Made by a program: the position numbers and the translations under genes. From positions 64,008-128,007 of the forward strand of contig JAZREA010000002.1 of assembly GCA_045660545.1 (NCBI GenBank): a stretch of 64,000 nt of DNA. The letters run 5' to 3'. How positions within the stretch are numbered: the first letter of the stretch is position 1; each line of letters begins with the position of its first letter. The DNA is from Clostridia bacterium (GTDB lineage Bacteria; Bacillota; Clostridia; Monoglobales; Firm-18). A model generated the notes under the pieces. That model did no database searches. It saw nothing but the letters and a program-made list of their open reading frames with translations, and was not told the DNA's origin. This document shows, piece by piece, positions 30,079 to 38,221 of this stretch.

Positions 30079-30372
30079 ATGGATTACAAAAACAACTGCG
30101 AAAACCTTTTCAAAGCGATAGCCTCTATAAAGAACGAGGAAGAATGCCGCAAGGTCTTCGAGGACTTGTTCACTATTAAGGAGACGCTGTCCTTAGCCCA
30201 AAGGCTGGAGGTAGCGCAGCTTTTAGACCAAAAGGAGATATACGCCGACATAGCCGAAAAGACGGGCGCAAGCTCCGCGACGATAAGCCGCGTTGCGCGT
30301 TGTCTAAACTATGGCTCGGACGGGTATAAAATCATTCTTGACAGACTAAAAGAGGACAAAAACGATGAGTAG
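30079..30372 (+). CDS. YerC/YecD TrpR-like protein
   Basis: ~97 aa with LAQRLEVAQLL and SSATISRV helix-turn-helix motifs. The ATG at 30079 follows AAGGTGA. Confidence 0.8.
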   Translation: MDYKNNCENLFKAIASIKNEEECRKVFEDLFTIKETLSLAQRLEVAQLLDQKEIYADIAEKTGASSATISRVARCLNYGSDGYKIILDRLKEDKNDE

Positions 30373-31102
30373 TTATAACGATTTTGCCTATGTCTACGAC
30401 AAGCTTATCGGCCAGGACTACGAGGCGTGGGCGGACTGTATCGAGCAGCTTTTTAAAAAAAGCGCCGTAAGCCCAAAGCTCGTTTTGGACCTCGGCTGCG
30501 GAACAGGCAGTATAACTAATATTTTAGCAAAGCGCGGTTACGATATGATAGGTGTCGACCTCTCGTACGATATGCTCGGCGTTGCCAGACAAAAGGCGGA
30601 CGAAGAGGGCCTTGACGTTTTGTATCTGTGTCAGGACATAAGGAGCTTCGAGCTTTACGGAACGGTAGACGCGGTGATTTGCACACTCGACGTTTTAAAT
30701 TACATAACCGAAAAGGACGAGCTTTCAAAAGTCTTTGCGCTGGTTAAGAATTATCTTAACCCCGGCGGAGTTTTTATCTTTGACATCAATACGACGTATA
30801 AGCTCTCCTCTGTTTTGGGCAACAACACCTTCGTAAACGAAGAGCAGGGTGTCTTCTATACCTGGGAAAACGAATACAAAGACGGGCTTAGCAGCCAGTA
30901 CTTAACGTTCTTTGTAGAGAGCGATGACATGTACGAAAGGTTCGACGAAGAGCACTTCCAAAGGGCTTACAGCGTAGAGGAAATCGAGGAATTCTTACGC
31001 CAAAACGGCTTCGAAACGTTCATGATAAGCACCCCGCCAACCCTTGAAAAACCTGACAAAAACAGCGAAAAAGTAATCTTTTTGTCGAAATCTTTATGTT
31101 GA
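30365..31102 (+). CDS. Class I SAM-dependent methyltransferase
   Basis: Motif I VLDLGCGTG. Overlaps the yerC-like gene by 8 nt. Confidence 0.8.
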   Translation: MSSYNDFAYVYDKLIGQDYEAWADCIEQLFKKSAVSPKLVLDLGCGTGSITNILAKRGYDMIGVDLSYDMLGVARQKADEEGLDVLYLCQDIRSFELYGTVDAVICTLDVLNYITEKDELSKVFALVKNYLNPGGVFIFDINTTYKLSSVLGNNTFVNEEQGVFYTWENEYKDGLSSQYLTFFVESDDMYERFDEEHFQRAYSVEEIEEFLRQNGFETFMISTPPTLEKPDKNSEKVIFLSKSLC

Positions 31103-31127
31103 CAAATTATGGTAGTTGTGCTATACT
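31099..31127 (+). promoter_or_regulatory. Sigma-A type promoter of cold-shock gene
   Basis: TTGACA (31099-31104), 17-nt spacer, TGcTATACT (31122-31127). Confidence 0.65.
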
Positions 31128-31176
31128 GTTCACATAATCTAAACGGTTATGCGAACAAATTTTAGGAGGCAATACA

Positions 31177-31377
31177 ATGCAAAAAGGTAAGGTAAAATGG
31201 TTTAACGCGGAAAAGGGATACGGCTTTATTGAGAGCGAAGACGGCACAGACGTTTTTGTTCACTTCACTGCAATCAACATGGACGGTTACAAGTCGCTTG
31301 AAGAAGGCGCAGAGGTTTCTTTCGATGTTGTTGAAGGTGCAAAGGGCCCACAGGCTAGCAACGTTACCAAAAACTAA
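31177..31377 (+). CDS. Cold-shock protein (CspA family)
   Basis: 66 aa with RNP1 KGYGFI and RNP2 VFVHF. Confidence 0.95.
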   Translation: MQKGKVKWFNAEKGYGFIESEDGTDVFVHFTAINMDGYKSLEEGAEVSFDVVEGAKGPQASNVTKN

Positions 31378-31474
31378 TTCAGTTAATTTTAAACTTTAAT
31401 ATATAACGCTTTAGCACAAGACATTTTTACAGATTCTCGGCTGTTGCATTAATTATAAAGGAAAATTAAGTGAG

Positions 31475-31502
31475 AAAAAGCTCCGCTTTTGCGGAGCTTT
31501 TT
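31475..31502. terminator. Bidirectional rho-independent terminator (csp / asnB)
   Basis: AAAAAGCTCCGC-TTTT-GCGGAGCTTTTT lies between convergent genes. Confidence 0.85.
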
Positions 31503-31506
31503 ATTT

Positions 31507-33330
31507 TTATACTATATCAACATTGTATTTTTCGAGCCAGTAGTCAAATTGTAACAGCCACGCGATAAGCTGCGGCTTGTTCATCAGCTGGCCAAACCAC
31601 GTAACACTGTCGGCCTCGATAAGCTCTTTGTAAGCGCGGACGTTTAATATCTCTGCGAGCCTTCCGCGCGACAGCCTCTCACCCAGCATCTCTGTTACGT
31701 ATTCCTCGTATTTCGGATTGTGCGTTATGGGGTATGGGCTTTTTTTACGGTGCAGAATTTTGTGTGGCAGATATTCGCACATCGCGTTTCGCAGCAGCGC
31801 CTTTTCCACCATGTTTTCGAACTTTATACTCCACGGCACGTTGTAGACGTATTCTGCAATTCTGTGGTCCGCAAACGGCACCCTGACTTCCAGCCCGTGC
31901 GCCATACTCATTCTGTCCTTTCGTTCGAGCAGGGAATTCATAAAATATCTTGTGGAAAGAACAGTAGCAATCCTCGACGTTTTCATATCGTCGCTGTCGT
32001 CGTCTAAAACGTCGACGTCATTAACAGTGCTGCGGTATATTTCCGACATATATTCGTACCCCGCTTTTGGTTTTGCTATCTTTTCGTCAAAAAGGTTGGC
32101 TCTCACCATCGGCCTGTGTATCCAGGGGAAGAAGTCCTTGTGTAGCATCTCAGGCCTGTAAAACCATGGGTAGCCACCAAATATCTCGTCCGAGCACTCG
32201 CCCGATATAGCGACGGTGTGCTCTTTTTTTACCTGCTCGCAGTAGTATAAAAGCGAAGAGTCCACGTCCGCCTGCCCCGGGAAGTCGCGGTAAATTACGG
32301 CGGGCAGCAGGTTTTGTGCCACGGTCAGCGTCGGCTGCGTCAGCACAGTGTGCCGTGTTCCCAGCCAGTCGGCAAGGTAGACCGCGTATTCGTCGTCCCC
32401 CTGCGGTTGGAACAACGACTGTTTAAAGTTCTTTTTGTTGTCCTCGTACTCAAAGGAATATGTCGAGAGTACCTCGCCGTTTTCGCGGTACGCCTTGGCC
32501 GCAACCGACGAAATAACGGAGGAATCCAGCCCGCCTGATAAAAAGGTACAAAGCGGAACGTCCGACACAAGCTGCCTTCTTATCGCGTCTTCTAAAAGCA
32601 TTTTTGTATGCTCTGACGCCTCTTTTGGGCATCCTTTGAATTTTCGTGCTTTAAGCTTCCAGTATACTCTCTTTCTTAGCCCGTCTTTGTCAAATGTTGC
32701 GCACTCTGCGGGTAAGAGCTCAAAAACGTCTTTTATAATTCCGCTTCCGTTTATCGTTACGGGCGAGAGGAATAGTAGCTGCCATAGCCCGACTTCGTCA
32801 ATTTCAGCTTCGACGTCGGGGTGAGTAAGTATGGCTTTTATCTCCGACGCAAACAAAAACGAACTATCCCTTATAGCGTAGAAAAACGGCTTTACGCCAA
32901 AGCGGTCCCGCGCCATAAAAACCTTTTGCTCAAAGTGGTCGTAAATTGCAAAGGCAAAAATCCCGTTTAGCTTCTCTACACATTCTTCGCCAAAGATTAT
33001 GTAGCTAAGAAGCACTACCTCCGTATCACAACGTGTAATCGGCTTGACTCTTTGGGCCAAAAGCTCGTTTTTCAGCTCCCTTGTGTTGTAGATTTCTCCG
33101 TTGTATACGATGGTGTAGGTTTTGCCCTCGTGTGTAATCGTCATCGGCTGCTGCCCGTTTTGTACGTCCATAACAGACAGCCTGTTGTGGTGCAGCACCA
33201 CCCCGTCTTTGCAAAACATATCCGTCTCGTCGGGGCCTCGGTGCTTCATTTTAGCGCCCATTTTTCTGACAATATCGGCGCTCGCGCGCTCCTTGTTCTT
33301 AAAATCAACAATTCCGCATATCGAACACAT
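31507..33330 (-). CDS. asnB: Asparagine synthase (glutamine-hydrolysing)
   Basis: 607 aa with an Ntn amidotransferase N-domain (HRGPD, NGEIYN) and the synthetase PP-loop SGGLDSS. The N-terminus reads MCSICGI (see findings). Confidence 0.9.
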   Translation of the reverse strand: MCSICGIVDFKNKERASADIVRKMGAKMKHRGPDETDMFCKDGVVLHHNRLSVMDVQNGQQPMTITHEGKTYTIVYNGEIYNTRELKNELLAQRVKPITRCDTEVVLLSYIIFGEECVEKLNGIFAFAIYDHFEQKVFMARDRFGVKPFFYAIRDSSFLFASEIKAILTHPDVEAEIDEVGLWQLLFLSPVTINGSGIIKDVFELLPAECATFDKDGLRKRVYWKLKARKFKGCPKEASEHTKMLLEDAIRRQLVSDVPLCTFLSGGLDSSVISSVAAKAYRENGEVLSTYSFEYEDNKKNFKQSLFQPQGDDEYAVYLADWLGTRHTVLTQPTLTVAQNLLPAVIYRDFPGQADVDSSLLYYCEQVKKEHTVAISGECSDEIFGGYPWFYRPEMLHKDFFPWIHRPMVRANLFDEKIAKPKAGYEYMSEIYRSTVNDVDVLDDDSDDMKTSRIATVLSTRYFMNSLLERKDRMSMAHGLEVRVPFADHRIAEYVYNVPWSIKFENMVEKALLRNAMCEYLPHKILHRKKSPYPITHNPKYEEYVTEMLGERLSRGRLAEILNVRAYKELIEADSVTWFGQLMNKPQLIAWLLQFDYWLEKYNVDIV

Positions 33331-33383
33331 AACATCAACCTGCCTTTCGTCAATATTATATGCAATATGCGGAATAATTTTTA

Positions 33384-34217
33384 CTATAATGTTGCGCTGA
33401 CTACCCTGTCGTTTCCTGCCAGGTCCTTAGTTACCGCTATGTTTTTGTATCCGTTTTGGGCTAAAATTTCTATGAGGTCGTCCGCCTGGTCGTACCCGAT
33501 TTCAAACGCGAGCAACCCTCCCGGCGCAAGATGCGTTGTCGCCTCGCGCGCAATCCGTCTGTAAAATATAAGCCCGTCCGCCCCTCCCGAGAGCGCAATG
33601 TGCGGCTCGTAGCCTTTTACATCCTCCATAAGCGTGGGGATAACGTCCTCGCGGATGTACGGAGGGTTTGATATAATGCAGTCGAATTTTTCGCCGGGGA
33701 ATTCTTTTAGAATATCCGCCCTTGTAAACTGTATTTTTTCATCTACACCGTGATTTTTTGCGTTTTGCCGCGCCACATTCAAAGCCGCCTCTGATATATC
33801 GACCGCGACTGCGTTGCAGCCCGGGCAGTTTTTGAGCACGCTTATGGGTATGCATCCGCTGCCTGTGCCGATGTCTAAAATGTTGTAGGCATTGTTGCCT
33901 ACAAACTCTATCACCTTTTCCACAAGAGTTTCCGTATCCGCTCTTGGGATGAGTACGTTTTCGTTAACAGTAAAATCCAGCCCCATAAACTCAGCCCGCC
34001 CGAGTATATACTGCATCGGCTCGCGGTTTAAGCGCCTTTTAAAAAGGCGGTAAAACTCCTCGTAATTTTCCACCTCTTCGTTTTTGTGCGTGATTAAATA
34101 TACCGTGTCCACGCCCAGAAAGTAACACAAAAGGAGTCTGCAATCAAGGCTCGCAGACTCTATTTTTTCGTTTTTTAGCAAAGTTGTACATTCTTTTAAG
34201 ATTTCAGAAATAGTCAT
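33384..34217 (-). CDS. prmC: Release-factor glutamine N5-methyltransferase PrmC
   Basis: Motif I DIGTGSG and catalytic NPPY. Confidence 0.9.
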   Translation of the reverse strand: MTISEILKECTTLLKNEKIESASLDCRLLLCYFLGVDTVYLITHKNEEVENYEEFYRLFKRRLNREPMQYILGRAEFMGLDFTVNENVLIPRADTETLVEKVIEFVGNNAYNILDIGTGSGCIPISVLKNCPGCNAVAVDISEAALNVARQNAKNHGVDEKIQFTRADILKEFPGEKFDCIISNPPYIREDVIPTLMEDVKGYEPHIALSGGADGLIFYRRIAREATTHLAPGGLLAFEIGYDQADDLIEILAQNGYKNIAVTKDLAGNDRVVSATL

Positions 34218-34218
34218 A

Positions 34219-35175
34219 TTACCACTTGTCGTCCTCTTTCGATTCGGTCAGTACCGCCTTTAAAGATTCAATCGCCACTTCAAGCTGGTCGTCGTCAGGC
34301 TCGCGCGTTGTTATAAGCTGAAGCCACATTCCCGGCATCGAAATAATCTTTGTAAAGAGGTTGTCGTGCCTTCCCGCGAACTTTATAATCTCGTACGAAA
34401 TCCCCGCCACAACAGGCAAAAGAAGAATTTTAAACAGCGCTCTTTCAAGCCATGTAAGCCCCTTTGGTATGATGAGGAACACGATAACGCTGATTATCAT
34501 AACGAAAATCAGAAAGCTCGTACCGCACCTTGGGTGCAGTCTGGAATTTTTCCTTGCGTTCTCAACCGTCAGCTCCTGGCCGTTTTCGTAGGTCGTAATC
34601 GTCTTGTGCTCAGCACCGTGGTACATAAAAACTCGCTTTATGTCCTTCATCTGCGACACGCCAATCAGATAAACGAGGAAAATCGCGATACGAATCGCCC
34701 CTTCGATAAGGAGCCTTGCCGTACCCTCAACCTCGATGCTTGTAACCTTTGTAATAAGCTCCGCAATAAAGTTCGGAAGCAGGAAGAACAACCCGATAGA
34801 AAAGGCAAGCGCAACAATTAAAGAAAAACAAATTACAACGTCCTTTATCTTGTCGCCCAGTTTTTCTTCAAGCCATTTTTCAAACTTGCTTTCCTCTGTC
34901 TCCTCGCCCTCGATGTCGAAAAATTGCGCAGAAAACATCAAAGCCTTGATTCCTATAACCATACTTTCGAAAAACGAAATACAGCCTCTTATAATAGGCA
35001 GCTTTAATATCTTGCTCTTTTGTAATACGGACGAAATCGGCCTCTTTTCAATTATAATTTCGTTGTCGGGCTTTCTGACGGCGATGGCTATTTCCTTCGG
35101 GCCTCTCATCATAATCCCTTCCATAATCGCCTGCCCGCCTATGCTTGTCTTGTGTTTTGCTTTTTTATCTTTCAT
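34219..35175 (-). CDS. DUF1385 family membrane protein
   Basis: The GGQAIMEGIMMRG N-terminal motif and YHGAEHK are typical of DUF1385, which is usually found next to prmC. Confidence 0.8.
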   Translation of the reverse strand: MKDKKAKHKTSIGGQAIMEGIMMRGPKEIAIAVRKPDNEIIIEKRPISSVLQKSKILKLPIIRGCISFFESMVIGIKALMFSAQFFDIEGEETEESKFEKWLEEKLGDKIKDVVICFSLIVALAFSIGLFFLLPNFIAELITKVTSIEVEGTARLLIEGAIRIAIFLVYLIGVSQMKDIKRVFMYHGAEHKTITTYENGQELTVENARKNSRLHPRCGTSFLIFVMIISVIVFLIIPKGLTWLERALFKILLLPVVAGISYEIIKFAGRHDNLFTKIISMPGMWLQLITTREPDDDQLEVAIESLKAVLTESKEDDKW

Positions 35176-35846
35176 TATAAAATCTCCTTTAACGAAACGC
35201 AGGAAATCGCCTTGTTGTCGGCAACAATAACGTGGTCTATAAGAGCTATTCCCATCGCGGATAAAAAGTCTTTAACCGTGCTTGTGGTCTCAATGTCTTT
35301 TGGTGACGGAACCACCTCGCCTGACGGATGGTTGTGACAAAGCACAACGGACGTAGTAGCCGTACCCGCAATAGCGTCGGTAATCTTTCTCGGCTCAATA
35401 TTAACTCTGCCCGGCATCCCCTGTGCAACAATAACTTCTTTAATCAAATGGTTTTTGCTGTCCAGGCATAAAAGGTATGAGGTTTCGTTTTTCGCACTGC
35501 CTAAAAGTGCAACACACCTTTTGTAAACCGTCTCAACGGAAGAAAACGAGGCCTTGTTCTTTACCGACGTGTTTAGTAAAAATCCTCTGGCGATGTGTGG
35601 CAAAAGCTTAATCGACTTTGCCGCAGCAAGCCCCACACCCTCAACGGCAGTAAGCTCGTCGATAGACGCGCCGCACACGTTGTCGAGGTCCCCGAACTTG
35701 TCAATCAGCCTGTGAGCTATTCCGTTTGTGTCTGCTCGCTTGTATGTGAAGAATAAATAAAGCTCTAAAAATTCGTGTTCGTGTAAAATGTCGACACCGT
35801 ATTTCAAGACCTTTTCAACAAGTCTGTTTCTGTGGCCCTGCGCCAT
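35175..35846 (-). CDS. radC: RadC-like JAB/MPN domain protein
   Basis: HhH region followed by the JAMM motif HNHPSG. Its TAATG overlaps the DUF1385 start. Confidence 0.85.
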   Translation of the reverse strand: MAQGHRNRLVEKVLKYGVDILHEHEFLELYLFFTYKRADTNGIAHRLIDKFGDLDNVCGASIDELTAVEGVGLAAAKSIKLLPHIARGFLLNTSVKNKASFSSVETVYKRCVALLGSAKNETSYLLCLDSKNHLIKEVIVAQGMPGRVNIEPRKITDAIAGTATTSVVLCHNHPSGEVVPSPKDIETTSTVKDFLSAMGIALIDHVIVADNKAISCVSLKEIL

Positions 35847-35973
35847 AACCCGCCCTCACTTTCGGTCCGTGTAGTTGCAATTATAATATATATAATTGTA
35901 TAATATAAAGGCACAACTGTCAAGAAAAGTGATTCAAAATGCTATAATTACAGAATATTTGGTAAAAATACTA

Positions 35974-36002
35974 TTGACAAAGATTTTTTTAGGTGGTATA
36001 AT
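35974..36002 (+). promoter_or_regulatory. Sigma-A type promoter of tRNA-Gln
   Basis: TTGACA (35974-35979), 17-nt spacer, TATAAT (35997-36002), about 19 nt before the tRNA 5' end. Confidence 0.7.
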
Positions 36003-36020
36003 GTTTAGCGTTGGTAATAC

Positions 36021-36094
36021 TGCCGGATTGTGTAAAGGTAGCACGACAGACTCTGACTCTGTTTGTCTGGGTTCGAATCCTAGTCCGGCAACCA
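36021..36094 (+). tRNA. tRNA-Gln (anticodon CUG), CCA encoded
   Basis: Manual cloverleaf: acceptor TGCCGGA/TCCGGCA with U1-A72, D stem GTGT/GCAC, anticodon stem ACAGA/TCTGT, loop CTCTGAC, T arm CTGGG-TTCGAAT-CCTAG, then ACCA. Confidence 0.85.
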
Positions 36095-36130
36095 AAAATC
36101 GACAAGATTCGTCAGAGTCTTGTCGATTTT
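36095..36130 (+). terminator. Hairpin/terminator after tRNA-Gln
   Basis: 10-bp stem ATCGACAAGA/TCTTGTCGAT (36098-36127) with a short T-run. Confidence 0.55.
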
Positions 36131-36181
36131 ACTTATTACCTCTTCACTGTTCACTATTCCCTAAAAAGACTTGTCGATTTT
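36119..36181 (+). repeat. 12-nt direct repeat CTTGTCGATTTT x2 flanking a 39-nt insert
   Basis: Copies lie at 36119-36130 and 36170-36181. Words from the insert (ACTTATTAC, TTCACTATT) recur inverted at 36188-36205. Confidence 0.7.
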
Positions 36182-36234
36182 TGGAAAGTAATAAGTAATA
36201 GTGAATAAGGAAAAAGTTTTTTAGGAGTATGCTT

Positions 36235-36579
36235 ATGGATAGTCCGTTGCTTACAAAATCAAAACAATTTGCATTAGATATAATTAAAGCTTGTAATAAA
36301 GTAAAAAGCGAGAAAAGAGAAAGTGTACTTACAAATCAGCTTATCCGTAGCGGAACGAGTGTTGGTGCGAACATCAGGGAAGCATTTTACGGACACGGCA
36401 AAAACGATTTTATTGCCAAACTTCAAATAGCATTAAAAGAATGTTCTGAAAGCCAATATTGCATTGAATTGCTTATTGAGAGTGGATACTATGAAGATAA
36501 GACGATTCTTTATAAGTGCGTAGAATTAAAGAAAATACTTATTTCATCAATAAATACTGCAAAGAAAAACAATAATTAG
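36235..36579 (+). CDS. Four-helix-bundle protein (23S rRNA intervening-sequence / Avd-like family)
   Basis: The LIRSGTSVGANIREA and L.IALKE..E..YW-like pattern is typical of the TIGR02436-type family. The gene is low-GC. The ATG at 36235 sits 7 nt after AGGAG. Confidence 0.7.
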   Translation: MDSPLLTKSKQFALDIIKACNKVKSEKRESVLTNQLIRSGTSVGANIREAFYGHGKNDFIAKLQIALKECSESQYCIELLIESGYYEDKTILYKCVELKKILISSINTAKKNNN

Positions 36580-36607
36580 GTTGCACCTAAACCCATTCGA
36601 CTCTTGC

Positions 36608-36645
36608 AAAAAACGACTTGTTTTTAACAAGTCGTTTTCTTTTTA
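36608..36645. terminator. Bidirectional terminator (four-helix gene / MATE gene)
   Basis: ACGACTTGTT-TTT-AACAAGTCGT is flanked by an A-run and a T-run. Confidence 0.75.
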
Positions 36646-36661
36646 CCATATTCATAAAATT

Positions 36662-37993
36662 TTAATAATATCTGTCTCGTTTTATAATAAGGAAAAACAT
36701 ACCAAGCACTAAAGACATAAGCTCCGCCACAACTACCGAAAACCATATCCCGTTAATATCAAATATAGCCGGCAGCACCATAACGGACGCACTTTGCAAA
36801 ACGAGAGTTCGGATAAAGGCGATAAGCGCGGAGGTAAGGCCGTCGTTTAACGCCGTGAAAAACCCCGAGGCAAAAACGCCAAATCCCATAAACCCAAAGG
36901 ACAGGGCGAAAATTCTAAATCCCGAAACCGTCAGCCGATAAAGAGCAGCATCATACCCCACAAAAAATTTTGAAAGAGGGGCGGCAAAAACCTCTGCCAA
37001 AACCACCATACAAACGCCAAAGGCACCAACCAGCACCAGGCTTTTTTTAAGCAGCCCCTTTAATTCGCTGTGGTTTTTTGCGCCGTGGTGAAAGCTGAAA
37101 ATCGGCAAAGCCCCCATCGTGTAACCAAAAAAGGCAAACGAAAAAATCGCACTGACATACATCATAACTCCGTATGCGGCGATGCCGTTTTCCCCTGCGT
37201 ATTTCATTAGTTGCAGGTTGTATAAGATTCCGACAACGCTCATTGAAATATTGGTCATAAATTCTGACGAGCCGTTTGTACAAGCCTGCAACACGGCCCT
37301 TTGGTCGTATTTTGTTTTTCCGAGCCGAAGCACGCTGCTGTTGTTTTTGAAAAAATAAACCAGCGGAAATATCCCGCCCACCATCTGCGCAACTGCGGTA
37401 GCAATAGCTGCCGCCGTAAGCTTTAAGTAGGTTGGAAAAAGCAGCACCAAAACCGCGTCCAGTATCATGTTTGTAACACCGGACAAAACCGTTATCAACA
37501 ACCCCAGCTTTGGCTTTTCTGCCGCGACGAAAAAGCTTTGAAACATAACCTGCAATATAAAAAACGGCAACGCAGCAAGTATGATTCTTGCGTAGGTGAT
37601 GCAGTGGGTGAGCAGTTCCCCCTTTGCGCCCAAAAGCGAGGCGATTTGCGGCACAAATATAAATGATACTGTTGCCAAAATAACCCCTATGGCAAAGGCT
37701 ATGTATACAAATAAAGAAAAGTAGCTGTTGGCTTTTTCCTTGTCTCCCTCGCCGTAGGTTTTGGCAACAAGCGCCGTTCCGCCCGTACCGAACATAAACC
37801 CTACCGTGCCCAGAATCATCAAAACAGGCATAATCAGGTTAATCGCGGCAAAAGGCGTCTTCCCCGCAAAGTTCGAAACAAAAAAACCATCCACCACACT
37901 GTAAACAGAAGTAAAAACCATCATAGCAATGGATGGTAATGTAAATTTTAAAAGCCTGCCGTAAGTAAAGTGGTCTGATAACTGTATTTTCAT
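36662..37993 (-). CDS. MATE family efflux transporter
   Basis: 443 aa, 12-TM type, with an N-terminus typical of MATE/NorM-like pumps. Confidence 0.85.
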   Translation of the reverse strand: MKIQLSDHFTYGRLLKFTLPSIAMMVFTSVYSVVDGFFVSNFAGKTPFAAINLIMPVLMILGTVGFMFGTGGTALVAKTYGEGDKEKANSYFSLFVYIAFAIGVILATVSFIFVPQIASLLGAKGELLTHCITYARIILAALPFFILQVMFQSFFVAAEKPKLGLLITVLSGVTNMILDAVLVLLFPTYLKLTAAAIATAVAQMVGGIFPLVYFFKNNSSVLRLGKTKYDQRAVLQACTNGSSEFMTNISMSVVGILYNLQLMKYAGENGIAAYGVMMYVSAIFSFAFFGYTMGALPIFSFHHGAKNHSELKGLLKKSLVLVGAFGVCMVVLAEVFAAPLSKFFVGYDAALYRLTVSGFRIFALSFGFMGFGVFASGFFTALNDGLTSALIAFIRTLVLQSASVMVLPAIFDINGIWFSVVVAELMSLVLGMFFLIIKRDRYY

Positions 37994-38058
37994 TTTCTTC
38001 TCCCATAATCCATTTTGTTTCCAGTCTATCTTACCATAAATATACTTTTAAATCAACA

Positions 38059-38090
38059 TAAAAAAGCGGCTTGAACTTGTAGTTCAAGCC
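38059..38090 (-). terminator. Rho-independent terminator of guaA
   Basis: GGCTTGAACT-ACA-AGTTCAAGCC is followed by GCTTTTTTAT in the minus sense. Confidence 0.8.
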
Positions 38091-38221
38091 ACTTTGTGTT
38101 TTTTATAATGTACCCGCCTTGCGGTTCCCGACATTTGATTTCGGCGCCAAGGCACCTCATCCTCTGTCGACCGCTGCACAATAAGTTTTTCGCTATTTCT
38201 GCCACCGGCAGCGCTCAAAAC

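Noticed and set aside
35878-35898. AT-only palindrome CAATTATA-ATATA-TATAATTG between the radC and tRNA-Gln promoters.
   Set aside because: It is a low-complexity (TA)n-like sequence inside overlapping divergent -10 regions. Palindromy is expected by chance in such DNA.
36095-36660. A diversity-generating retroelement around the Avd-like four-helix-bundle gene.
   Set aside because: No reverse transcriptase gene is present, and no template/variable repeat pair is detectable in the flanking 5 kb. The element is only about 0.55 kb.
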